Shown in pieces: positions 38,916 through 51,839 of a stretch of DNA of 64,000 nucleotides. The DNA is taken from assembly GCA_013265495.1 (NCBI GenBank), contig MU058636.1:1550001-1614000 (forward strand), written 5' to 3'. A program made the position numbers and the translations under genes. This DNA is from Vicugna vicugna. Lineage: Eukaryota. Under the pieces are notes generated by a model. The model was given only the letters and a program-made list of their open reading frames with translations, was not told where the DNA came from and did not search any database. The number at the start of each line of letters is the position of its first letter. Position 1 is the first letter of the stretch.

Positions 38916-40559
38916 AGAAATTACACTATATGAAAAGGTGGAAATTTTGTATTCTGGGAGGAACTGAGACTATTAGAGGTGATCCCTCCCCAACATTTAA
39001 CAAAACCAAAGTCATATAAGTTCATTATTTGAAATCTATATATGCCCTTAATTCCTTTATTCTTGCATCAGACCTCCCTCTGCTGTCTAAAGGCTAATTT
39101 CTCCTCAACCTGGACTCAATAACCCACCCCTCTGAAAACCTTTGTCATTTCTCTCATCTTTCTTCAAACATTTTCCCCTCTGCATAAAAAAGTTGATGTT
39201 ATAACAACCTTAAAAATGAAAACAAAATATTCTACAATTATTACCCGTCCCCCTACCTTCATTTCACCTCCAATATTTCTGAAATGTAAGACCACACTTA
39301 CAGTCTCCAATCTCCATCGGCACTGAGACTGGTTCTCAAGTGGTCATGGCCGTCATGTCACAGTTCCAAATTCTGCCTGACCTCTCTGCAACTCACTGAT
39401 TTCTCTCTCCTTGCAGCTCTTTGCTCCCTTGCCTTAAATGACACCACTCTGTTCTGGGTCTCATCCTACTGACCACTCTTTTGTGATAGCTGTCCAGTTT
39501 TTTCCTTTAGGCAAACTCGAAAAAATTTAAACTGTTGGGCCAAGTGAAAGAAGGCTTCTGATTCACATTATTAAACTGCTCTCCCAAATGGTGAACAAAA
39601 TTTTGATTCCTGCTAGCAACGCGTTAAGTAAGCTAACTTCCCCCAAACTGTTCTAAGCCTAGTTAATTTTATTCTTTAAAATATTTATAAATCTGACAGT
39701 TGAAAATACAAAAATAACACCTCATTTTTTCCTTTAATTTGCAACTTTTTGATTCTAGCAAAATTAAATTTAGGATTATTATCCTGGTTTCTCTTGTGAA
39801 GTGCCTCCATATCCTTGGCCTCATTTTTACCTATTGAATACTCGTGTTTTTCTTAACTGATTGAACTTAATGTATTAAGATAACAACCCTTTATCACATT
39901 ATTACAATTACTTTTCCCAAGTCTCCTGTTCGCCTTTTGGTTGTCTACTGGCATAAAAAGTCGTCAATCTCCATGTAGTTGAATACATTCACTTTCCCCT
40001 TTAGTAACTCTTCTGCTACTCTTATCCCCTACTCCATTACAAGATGAAGGTTTGCCTCTATTTGCTTCATTTGGATAGTTTTTTAAAAATGGCTACACTC
40101 TACTCTCACTAGTTGCAGTGTGAGGACAGACCTTTCTCTCCCAGTAAAGTAACTGTCCTAGTTTCAGTATATCTAACTCACTTATGTTCAAAAGTCATGT
40201 CATCACTTCCCTCTAAATGATCCAATCACTAAATTTTCTAATGGCGCTTCTCTACCCCCAGTATCCTACAACTCGAGCCAGAGAACCCTGCTTCTCTCCC
40301 ACCCTCTGCCTCATTTTCCACACCCATCACTGGACTAGGCTCCTGCTGACTCTCCCTCCCTCCATCCCTCCCACTACTCAGTTATTTTCTGCAGTATCTC
40401 TTTTAGCCATCACTCAGAAGGTTTTCCAGTCTTCTTCCCCTTCAGGAAGAAGGTCAGGTAGAATTTGGAACTGCGACATGACGACCATGACCCCTTGAGA
40501 ACCAGTCTCAGTGCCGATGGAGATTGGGGACTATAATATCCAAACACCAGGGATATTAT

Positions 40560-41060
40560 TTCCCTGCCAAATACTCTTCTGTAGCCCCCAACTGCTTCTA
40601 CAGAATGAAAGCCGAAGTCTCACCTGGCACCTGAGCCTTCCAGACCTGGCTCCTTTCGTTTCACTTCCTGATACAATTCTGCACATTGCATGCTTTGGCT
40701 AAACCAAACTACTTACAACTTCTGACCTCAGCATGCTATTCTGCCTGTCCGGAATGTACCTTCCTCCCTTGCTGCTCTGCAGAACTCCCATCCATTTAAT
40801 GGCCAGCTTAAGTGAACCCACTGCTACGAGGCCCTTCCTATCCACCCAAACATAACTCCTCATTCTGTCCGTTATATCACCATTTTATTATTACACACGT
40901 TGTGCCCCTCACTGCGGAGGTTGGCAATCACTCGTGTGAGGCGTCTTCCCTACATACTTCCTTTAGAGACAGGGATCAAGCCTGCATTACTCATCTCTAG
41001 AACTACAGCATTTGTAGCATGCCTGACACAGCATGCCAAGAATCAGAGGGAATGAACGAG
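40560..41060 (+). mobile_element. L2 LINE 3' fragment
   Basis: Pyrimidine-rich L2 body ending gcatgcctgacacag...gaatgaacga. Confidence 0.55.
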
Positions 41061-44000
41061 CAGATTTCCTCAAATTTCACCTGCCTCACTAAGTCCTGCA
41101 TCCATCTCTAGAATTTTTATTCCCACTGCCTCTGTTCTAATTCAAGTTTCTTTCACTTCTTTTCTCCTGTCTTTTCGCTTCTTCATCACAAAAGTCGATC
41201 TCTTAACAAACAACTACGATGAAACAAACAAACAAAAACAAAAAACCTGGTTATAGGAGAGAGACCAGCATCGTAACAGGACCTGTCTGTCTCATTCCCA
41301 CCCTAAGCCCCCAGCCCTGTGCTCTAGCCAGATGCTGCGCCAAACCACTCACTCATCACACATCTCATAGCTGACGTTCCCACTGATGGTGAGCCTGTCT
41401 CTCTGACCCAGATCTTAGGATCTTACCTTCTTGCTACGGCGCCTTCCCCCCTCTCCCCTGTCCCCTGCTTCTCCTGTCCCCCCACCCCTGCCCCTCCCCA
41501 CTGCCCACACTGTACTCCCCTCACTCTTTCCACCCATTTCTCCAGGCGTCCTTTGTGTTATATACTTCCTTACCTAAATAGAAACTACTAGACATAAATT
41601 TTTATCTAATGATTTACTATTATAAATATCCATGACTCTTCCACAAAAAGCACTATAAATGAGTCACCTTTTTAGTTTTAATGCCACCTCCCTTAGTGTT
41701 TGTCACCTGTTACTGCTCACACGCTCTCTCACACACATACACACACACCCCCATCATTTATTGCTGCTAATCTGCTCTAGGCTGGGCATTCAGACACCCA
41801 AGCTTATTAGGAACCATATGCTAAAAAGGAGCTGATGGTGAGGTTTGGAAAAGGAACAAAGTACGTAGCTTCAGTGCCACAAAGTGGACACAAACATCTA
41901 CAGTGCTCAACAGTCTTTTCCATGTAGTATTCCACAACTTAGGTGGCTTTCTAAAGAATGCTCTTTAAATGACACAGTGTGTTAAGTCACCACAGCTGCA
42001 TTCTAGCTTTGTCAGTTTGAAAACCCGAATGGAAAAAAAAAAAAGAAGAATATTAAAAAAAAACAAAAAAAACACTCAAATGGATTTGTCTACTCAAGAA
42101 TGGTCAGTTCCAGTGAAATAAATCACTCTATCCAAACTCATAAGTGGGACATTCATAGACCAAAAATGCCAATTTTTACATTTACATTTATTGTGAGAAA
42201 TATAAGTGCTACACAGAAGAGACAGAAGGAATCAGATTCCCACTGGCTGATGAGCCCTCCACTCTGGGTGGTATCTACATGCCTTTCATGATCTTTGCCA
42301 CTCACTGTAGCATCACCATTCATTGCTTCAACTTACCTTTAAAACATTTTACACTTTGCAAATTTGTAGGTTAGTTTTGCCTGTAAATTTTACCTATGAG
42401 ATTTACCATTTTCAGATACACATAAGGAGAAAAATTATGGTAAGATGAAACTATCTTCAAATCATACTGTAGAAAAGGGTTACTTCTGGAAAATTTTCCT
42501 GGAGAACATCTGTTTTAAAATACGGGATGTAGATTTTTGTTAGGTTTCTCAAAGACTGGCAGTTCTTGAACTCATCCTTCAACACTGGGCTTTGTTGTTC
42601 TGACAGGAGCCTCTACTTACAGATAAAATGAGAAGCTTTTAGGAAGTAGTAATAATTATCATTAGATATTTTAGTGGTTTTACCACTAATATTAAGAGAC
42701 CTTTAAACAAGGACAATCTAAGAAACAAGAGATTTCACAATTCTTAACTGTTCCTACATCCTACATAAAACATAAAAAGCTGACGGTCTTGTTGAAAGAA
42801 CACGTCTTAAAATTTAAATTAAACTATACATTACACACATAAAACAGCTGTTATTTTTGACTCCTCCAACATGTATATATTGTTGCTTCTTTCTTCAAAC
42901 TTCTCTATTTATTTAGAGAGCTGAATTAGGATTATTTACTTTAAAATATCTATTGATCAGTAGCCCAACATGAGAAACTGTTCTGTTCCTAGAATTACCT
43001 GATTTAATCTGAATTAATCTATAAACTATTACAGACACACACACAAATCTTAACATTTTTAGGAAAAAAAAACTATAAATTAGGATAGATGTTCAACATA
43101 AGCTAGTAGAAAATAAATTAAGCAGAACATTTTTCTATAATTACTGGAAGCTTATATCGTTTTCCCTGATGTACCAAATATATGCAGAGTTCATCAGAAC
43201 ACCTTAGAAATGCTTCATTCTTAAGAATGCCTATAGTCTTCTGACCAGCAGGAAACCTAGTTTAGGAAAAACGAAAGATATCCGTATTTCCTAGGTCTTT
43301 AAGAAAGAGAGAAAATTTTAAATTATACTTCCCTTAAAAAAATCAAATAGATACACATTAAAAATTATTTCATACTACCAGCTATCCTATATTCATAGCA
43401 TTTCTTGTTATTAAGCACGTCCTAACATACAGTATAAACGGCTCAATACCGTATGCTTATTGCTTTTCTGGATGTTGACTGTGTCCTAGCTTTATTTTAC
43501 AGTGGTTGGAGAAGTACAAAAATACGCAGGAAAAGCATTGTGCTGTGGATACACGCAGGCCTGGATGGATGTGGGGGTGTGAAGTGTACAATATGAAAAA
43601 TATTATTTAATCATACAACAACTTGTAGTTCAGCTTACTGCAATTACATTAAGGTTATGTATACTATTTTTAAAGTAGATGAAATGCTATTAACTACTCA
43701 AATGTAAACAGAAAATATTAACTGTGTGCTTCATAACTGAAAAGCACAGTAGATGAGTCAGTTTTTATACCATATAATTCACAAATGCCTCAGACTATAA
43801 ATATCAAATTTCAAAGTTAAAGGAGAAAATAAAAAAATATATAAAAATGATATTACTGAGTATATTAACTTCTGATAGAAAAGGAGTGAATATAAGTCAA
43901 TTATTGATTTTTTTAGAACATTTTCCCTCAAACACTATCATCTTCTAACTACCATCTGCCTAGGCAATTGCCCTTTTTTGGGCAGGAATCATAAATATGT

Positions 44001-45852
44001 TTATCATTTTAAAATATTTACTTAAGTATTTTAAAGCCATATATTATGCCCATTTACATCAGTTAATTATAAATCATTGGCCAACTGGTCAAATAAAAAA
44101 GTAAACTACATTAGACCTTAGTATATTCTGTCTGTAATTTAAAACCTAGTATGCAGAACATTGAAAGCAGCGCTGACTGGGATGGGCCTCACAGGTGACT
44201 TATTCTCTTATGTTGACCTCTATATATTGCCAAAGTTTTCTAAAATGGCCTTGTATAACCTGCATTATAAAAATCAAGTTCACTTGTTTATTTAAGAAGC
44301 AATGCATACTCTTCAAGTTAATAAAATACTGTGTGAAACTGGTAAATGAAGAAGGGAAAGAAAGAAAATAAGAGCACCTACGCAGGGAGGGGGCACGTGC
44401 AGGGATGGTCTGGGCGTCCCTGGCCTCTTGGCAAGTCTGCAGGCCTCCTACAGTTCGGTGCTGGGAGCACAGGGTGGCTCGAGTATGAACACCTTCATGG
44501 TCTCCTTGGCACGATTATCTCCTTCATGTGCCAAGAAAGTGCCTGTATTAAACTTTCTCAAAAGTGGTAGATTTCAGTAACATATCACATGAGATGTTAA
44601 AAGAGGATGGGTTAAGACCAAGAAGATTCCAGAGGAAGGGAATCAAAGAAAATGGCAATTTCCTATTATAGGAAGCACCATATGTCCACAAATGACTTAT
44701 CCAGAAGCCACATACTCAGAAAGCCACACCAGTGCAGCCAGGCATGTGACTCTGACCATAACCTATCCTTCCATGCCTCCCCAGGATGAATAACCGTGGA
44801 GGTCCAGAATTAGGCCAAACACCTAAGGTTAGTGCAGAAAGAGCTCATTCAGTTGTAGCTAATCTTTTTACATAAAAAGGGGCTCACCAGGTCTGCGGAA
44901 TTCTATTTGTGAAGAAGTTCCTAAGATCTAAGGGTCCTATTTTGACCCTCTCCAAGCCAATGAGAAGACTAAATAGTCAAGAGAACTTCTTTGATCAGCT
45001 CAAAATGGTTAAGCCCAGTGATCCTATGCCTATAAGAGCCTATGATTTTATAGTCCAAATACTAAGTTTTTAGCCTCTTTACATCTCAGACATAACTACA
45101 ATCACCTACTGTTACGATTCATGGACCATTCTAGTCCATCTGGCACCCACCCCAATCTGCTTATCACCAAGGGTCCAGTAACCACAATGACCATCCTTAC
45201 CACAATTCCCACATTTCAAATAACGTTGCCTAACTACTTCTATTAAAAATACATAAATTATATTTACATATAATATATATGCACATATAAAACTACCAAT
45301 GAGAGCTTTTGTTAAGCATGAGAGAAACCAGTTTTTCTAACATAAAGGTATCAAAATGGTGGCTGCCTATTTTATTCCCAGTTAAACATTCTACCCACAC
45401 ACAGAAACAAGGAAATTTCTGGCTGATGATAAAGCTATTAGTCTTTTCAAAATATCATCTCAGGATATTGCTTCTGAATGGATACAGCATTTCATGGCCA
45501 TTGATATTATACTGCAGTCAATTACATTGCATCCAACAAATGTTTACTGAGTGTCCACTATGTGCTAGGCTGGGTATTTGACAAATAAAATTGAGTACCT
45601 ATCCACAATTCTATTAGCTAAACAGACTCAAGTCTCCATTTTCAATATATTGTGCATTTTTCACAATAGTTTTCAAGAGAACTAACAGAATTGATCAAAA
45701 TTTGAAATAACAAAAGAAAGTTTCAGTTTTATTTGTGGTTATTGGCAGACAAGATGTTTTCAAAGTACATTCTCTTCATTTTATTCATTTCACTGGAGTG
45801 TGGAAAGCAGACAGATGTTCAAGTCAAAATGCCTATAAAAATAAAACCTTTG

Positions 45853-46706
45853 TTTTTATACGAACACCATGCTGTTTTGATTACTGTAGCTCTGTAGGAT
45901 TGTCTAAAGTCTGGGAGGATTATTCTTCCAGCTTCATTTTTTTCATTCAGTAATGCTTTGGCAATTCTGGGTCTTCTGTGATTCCATATAAACTTAAATA
46001 TGATTTGTTCTAGTTCTGTGAAAAATGTCCTGGGTAATTTGACAGGGATTGCATTAAATCTGCAGATCACCTTGGCCATATGACCCAGCAATCCCACTCC
46101 TGGGCATCTATCCAGAGGGAACCTTACTTGAAAAAGACACCTGCACCTCAGTGTTTATAGCAGCACTATTTACAATAGCCAAGACATGGAAACAATGTGC
46201 AACAACAGATGACTGGATAAAAGAAGCTGCGATATATTTATACAATGGAATACTACTCAGCCATAAAAATGATAAAATAATGCCCTCTGCAGCACCATGG
46301 ATGACCCTGGAGAATGTCATTCTAAGTGAAGTAAGCCAGAAAGAGAAAGAAAAATACCATATGATATCACTCATATGTGGAATCTAAAAAAAAAAAAAAA
46401 GAGCTTATATATAAAACAGAAACAGACTCAGACATAGAATATAGACTTGTGGTTGCTAGGGGAGAGGGATGTGGAAAGGGATAAACTGGGAGTTTGAGAT
46501 TTGCAGATACTGACTGGTATATATAAAATAAACAAGTTTAAACTGTATAGCACAGGGAACTATATTCAATATCTTACAGTAGCTTACGGTGAAAAAGGCT
46601 ATGAAAATGAATATATGTATATTCATGTATGACTGAAGCACTGTGCTATACACCAGAAACTGACACAACATTGTAAACTGACTACACCTCAAAAAAAAAA
46701 AAAAGG
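45853..46706 (+). mobile_element. Young 5'-truncated and 5'-inverted L1 insertion
   Basis: Minus-strand ORF2 piece ([19 protein letters not shown]...TAW, 45853-46075) joined to plus-strand ORF2 C-terminus ([14 protein letters not shown]...ICGI*), 3' UTR and poly(A). TSD aaaaa(t/g)aaaacctttg at 45837-45852 and 46707-46722. Confidence 0.92.
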
Positions 46707-47295
46707 AAAAAGAAAACCTTTGGCTTAGAGAACAACCTTAAAGCAAAGGTCAGAAATCCATTCCACAAAAATAAATATTTTCAACTATCATTATATACTT
46801 ATTTTTACTTATAAATTGTGAGGATTCCTTTTAATCTACATAATTACTGAAGTTTTAGTACACAAAGTTTACAGATTCATTATTTATTATTACAAACTTT
46901 CTACTTTTAACAAAGCTAAATCAACTTTATTTCTAAAACAAATTCTAGTAGAAACAATGGTGAAAAGGAAAGCATCTTATGAAGGTACATTACACTTACC
47001 TGTAGGGCAGGCCCTAGATCAATTCTGTTTCATAGATTTTGTTTTCTTAATCATTTCCCTGCTTTCCTATGTCCTTTCCTTCCTCCATTTCAATTATTAC
47101 CTTCTCTACCCTTATCTATTTCTTTTTCAAACAAAATCTCTTTAAGGAAATAAATCTCAATTACATGATCAGTATATGACTTATGAAAATTAATATGGCA
47201 TCCTTGTTCTAAGGATATCTGTATATAACAGAAGACAAAGTGAAATAAATGTTAAAGGAATGAATCATTAAGATACTGCCAAAGAAAATACATTT

Positions 47296-48102
47296 TTTTA
47301 ACTTTTATTGAGTAATAGTCATTTTACAATGTTGTGTCAAATTCTAGTGTAGAGCACAATTTTTCAGTTATATATGAACATATATATATTCAGTCACATT
47401 TTTTTTCGCTATGAGCTACCACAAGATCTTGTTTATATTTCCCTGTGCTATACAGTATAATCTTGTTTATCTATTCTGCATTTTAAAATCCCAGTCTGTC
47501 CCATCCCACCCCCCCCCCATCCACATATGAGCGATCTCATATGGTATTTTTCTTTCTCTTTCTGGCTTACTTCACTTAGAATGACATTCTCTAGGAGCAT
47601 CCATGTTGCTGCAAATGGCATTATGTTGTCGGTTTTTATGGCTGAGTAGTATTCCATTGTATAAATATACCACATCTTCTTTACTCAGTCATCTGTTGAT
47701 GGACATTTAAGCTGTTTCCATGTCTTGGCTATTGTAAATAGTGCTGCTATGAACATTGGGGTGCAGGTGTCATTTTGAAGTAGGGTTCCTTCTGGATTTA
47801 TGCCCAGGAGCGGGATTCCTGGGTCATATGGTAAGTCTATTCCTAGTCTTTTGAGGAATCTCCATACTGTTTTCCACAGTGGCTTTCCTTGCTTCTCTCT
47901 CCCACTCTTAATGATTTAGATGTCTTCTTTTACAGTTTTGTGTTTATTCTTTTTGTAATTCTTGGCAGTTATCTCCTTTCCAGTTATGAGTTTCTCATTT
48001 TTGTAGCATCCTGCTTCTTTTCTATTTAGACTAGACCTGTCAATATTTCTTTTAGCATGGGTTTAGTGTTGCTAAACTCTTTTAGTTTTTGCTTGCCTGT
48101 GA
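47296..48102 (-). mobile_element. Young L1 insertion with ORF1 end fused to ORF2 end (large internal deletion)
   Basis: Minus strand reads TGKQKLKEFSNTKPMLKEILTGLV* (ORF1 C-terminus), a spacer, then PLWKTVWRFL...YDPGIPLLG...EKYHMRSLICG (ORF2 C-terminus), 3' UTR and AATAAA at 47304-47309. TSD caaagaaa(a)tacattt at 47280-47295 and 48103-48117. Confidence 0.9.
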
Positions 48103-49809
48103 CAAAGAAATACATTTGAATGGAGCTGACTTAACAAGGACACTTCCAGCAAACTCCCAGGACAACGTATAGGTAAGATGTCTCTGTAAAGTTTAACCTG
48201 CCCACATGAAAGTGATTCTCTGAAGGTACCTTCTTGCCCTAAATAGATATTTTACTCTCAAAAATAATCTGGCTTCTGTCAGCCTTCCTGTTTTTCACAT
48301 TCTCGATCGTAAAATTCTCAACATTAGATTATTGCTACAGGGAATAAAATAAAAACTCCCCAGAGGCGGGGCGGGCGGTGGTGTTTGCTACAGGGAAAAA
48401 TCTGTAAGGCCTGATTATGAAAAATCAACCCATCTTTTCGTTTATGGATAGTCAGCCTCCCTAAAACCATGTCTTCCTATTTCATGACAAAGTCAGGCAT
48501 CCAGTTAGGGCAATGCTTCAGGAAAGGTGGTCACTTACATGAATGGAGAGGCACACATTCAACATAAGGGTGTCTGGGTTGGGTAGACTAGAAGAGGAAC
48601 AAAGAGTTATGCAAGCAGAAGGAAAAAAGAAGAATTTCTATGGTGATCATTTGGAAAAGTGTCTTAGAGAAGTGTTCTAGCTCTGGCTCATCGGGGGGGG
48701 GTTCTCAATGGGAAGTTATGGGGACCAAGGGACAAGAGCTTTAAAGAGAGGTGTTTGGTGGGGAGCTGGAGCACCACACATGGGTGTACGTATGTGAGGG
48801 ATGGGTGGACAGAGGGATAGACTGTGATACAGAGAGTAAGCGGGAGGGATGGGTAAGCCACTGGAGAATTCTGAGTCAAGACACGAGGCGAGTAGGTCTG
48901 CAGGTCGGGGAGAACCTGGCAGGAGGTCTGAGATAGATAAGGCAAGTATGGCAGTAATGAAGGAAGGCAAAACAGGAAGTTATTACAATGATGGTCAAGA
49001 TGAACAGTAATGAGAACTTGAACTAAGGAAACGTCTAATAAGAGGTGGAAGGGTCTAGGAAGAGCATTTCAGGATGCAGAAATTTTAAAAAACAGAGGGG
49101 CAAGAGGGTAAAAGAGAAGGGGTTATTAGCATACCAAAACCAGCACAGACATATTCAAGAAAAAAGAACTGGAACCGAACTTTTCTCATAGTTCCCTTTA
49201 AAATATACCTACACTCCCAATAATTTAAGATTAGTTTCTCAGTCATAAATATAAGAATTTCCTGGTATTTCCCCAATTTACTAGCCCATTTAACATTTTA
49301 CTCTTGAATTATACTCTGTTGCGAAATAAAATATCTTTTAAGAAATTACAAAAAAAAAAGTCCATCCTCAGGAGGAATTGTAATCTGAGCCCTAACCTGC
49401 TTTGAACAACTTGGGCACTGGGCTAGACAACCCATAAAGCTTCTTTCAGCTCAAACATTCCTGCAAGCACAGGACTGGCTGGGTGGGAGCAAGGGAGGGG
49501 GTTGGAGGAGTCTCACCATTGTTTATAACTAAAAGGCAAAACAACCACTTCAACACCTATGGCCCACACCTGCTGAAATATCAATGCCAAATGACCTAAA
49601 GGAAAACACAATGTAGCCAGAAAAAGACTGAGAGACAGGCAACTAAAATGAGAGCAAGTGAAAGGAAGAACACGTGATGGGACATAATAGTAGCATTTTT
49701 GTTGTCAGACAAATGGAGACAGGATTGATGTCATAAAGAGATAAACAGTCTAAATTAAACAGGGATTAATTTATGAGGGTAATTTTGACATCTAAAAGAA
49801 ATGGGATTC

Positions 49810-50050
49810 AGGAGATAATTATAAAAGCTAATACCTATTGAGTGCTTACTATACATCAGGCATAGTATTAACTATCATGGGTAATTAACAGATTTAATCC
49901 TCAAGATAATCCTGAGTTTAATAACAATATCACCAGCATCCCCATTTTTCAGATGAGGAAACTTAAAGTAAGAAACATTAAGTTGCCCAAGATCCCAAAG
50001 CTAGTAATTGACAGAACCATGATTCAAATCAAGCACTCTGATTCTAGAGG
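49810..50050 (-). mobile_element. MIR SINE
   Basis: tattgagtgcttactat...atcccatttttcagatgaggaaactta-like core...ttgcccaagatc. Confidence 0.75.
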
Positions 50051-50626
50051 TATAATTTTTTAAGGACATACTATACTTGAGTACATGAAGTAAATAAGCA
50101 GAGATTGCACAAGCCAAAATATGCACATATCCATATACATATTTTCATATTCATGTACACACACAAATACACATGTATATACACACATATATATGTTCAT
50201 ATAAATCACTGGATTTATATCCACAGGGGAATAACTTATCTTCTGTTGTTAGCATCAGGGAGGCTATTTTCCAGGAGAAAGTACATACTGCCATTTATAT
50301 TAGGGTCAAAATGCTAAGTGGACCTCACTTCTTAACCTCACAGGAATTTTCCACAATTTTGTACTTTCATTTAAATATTTACTATAACAAAAGGAAGCCT
50401 TCAAAATTGACATTTCTGTTTACATCCACAAAATTCATTAACTTTATGCTTCTATATCCAGATATCAAAATTAATTTGAATAAACATAAAACCATATAGC
50501 ATCTCAATTTTTGAGCTGTCCATCAATTCCTCTAAAAACATCTTGGAAAACATTCACTTATATTTGCCATGGGCCACAAAATTTTTTACAAAGTTCTGAA
50601 TGCAACCTTCATATATAAAAGGTATA

Positions 50627-50979
50627 CAGTCAGCCCTCAGTATGGTCAGGTTCTGAATCTGCAGATCTGTTCTGAAACCAACCAACACTCGAAGGAAAAT
50701 ATCCAGAAAAAAAAAAATTCCAGAAAGTTCCAAAAAGCAAAACTTGAATTTGCCATGAACCAGTAATTATTTACATAGCACTTACATTGTATTTACAACT
50801 GTTTGCATAGCATTTACATTGTATTAGGTATGATAAGCAATCTAGAGATGATTTTAGAGTATACCAGAAGATCCGCCTAGGTTATACAAAAATACTATGC
50901 CATTTTATGTAAAGGACTCGAACATCCTTGGATTTTGGTATCCCCTGGAACTAATCCTCCAAAAACAATGAGACTACTG
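50627..50979 (-). mobile_element. MER2/Tigger3-family non-autonomous DNA transposon
   Basis: TA-flanked cagt...actg ends, with internal ttccaaaaagcaaaacttgaatttgcc and acattgtattaggtat...aatctagagatgatt. Confidence 0.8.
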
Positions 50980-51367
50980 TATTAATGTTTTAACCATGCT
51001 TAAAGCTCTCCTAACTTTTAAGGTACAAAAGGAGCCTTTATGTGTCTTCATTGCGACAACACTGTCAACCAAGGTCATCTACTACTACCCTGTATATTCA
51101 TGTCTCAAGATCTAGATTCCCACCTGGTGCTTGTTCTTGCCAGTGTCTCTGGGTTATACAAATAATCTGGAGATATTAACTGCCTCTATCCCTACTAGCA
51201 TCCTCAGTGCAATCTGAACTTACGATTCCTAGTAAGAGAAGTTCACTTACATTACAGACTATACAATTATGCTCAACAATGTAAAGGTCAACTAGTCATA
51301 TTTATTAACAAAGCATTCAATAGGAAAGAAAAATTAAATGACAGACAATACAAATGAAAACAAACAA

Positions 51368-51415
51368 CAACACATTGTAACTGACTATACTTCAATAAAA
51401 TATAAATAAAATAAA
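51368..51415 (+). mobile_element. Very short L1 3'-terminal insertion
   Basis: acattgtaactgactatacttcaataaaa matches the end of the young L1 at 46668-46700. It has an A-rich tail and is flanked by near-direct repeats aaatgaaaa...caa. Confidence 0.7.
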
Positions 51416-51839
51416 AAATGAAAAACAACAAAGGCATTTAGTAGAAAGAGAACAGTCCTCATGCTTTAGCAACTCTTTTGCTCTCCAGCAAACTATTTTA
51501 ATAGAAAGGAAGAACTTCAAAAGGATACTGGGAAAAAAAGGGAATATTTAACAATTTTCCCTCAAATTAAATTTTTACACTTTGGATCTCACTCAATGAA
51601 CAGAGATCTAAATATTTAAATTTCTGAGTCTTGGTTAACAATGGCAGCAAATATTACCCAGAGACTATTACAGCAACCCAGACAATCTTTTGGTTGCTGT
51701 TTCCATGGGAACAATCTAAAGGAAGAAAACCTAACAGTAAAACATAATGTATTTAAAAGAAACACTTCCTTTTGTTGACCCCTTTCAGTTTACTAAACAT
51801 GGCACGAAACAGGTACATAAATCAAGCACCAGAAAATTC

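Noticed and set aside
44340..45240. Possible processed pseudogene or extra exon in a moderately GC-richer stretch
   Set aside because: I could not recognise any protein homology, poly(A)/TSD pair or convincing splice-site pair.
45819..47675. ORFs 45819..46097, 46151..46387 and 47448..47675 as host genes
   Set aside because: They are fragments of L1 ORF2 within truncated insertions.
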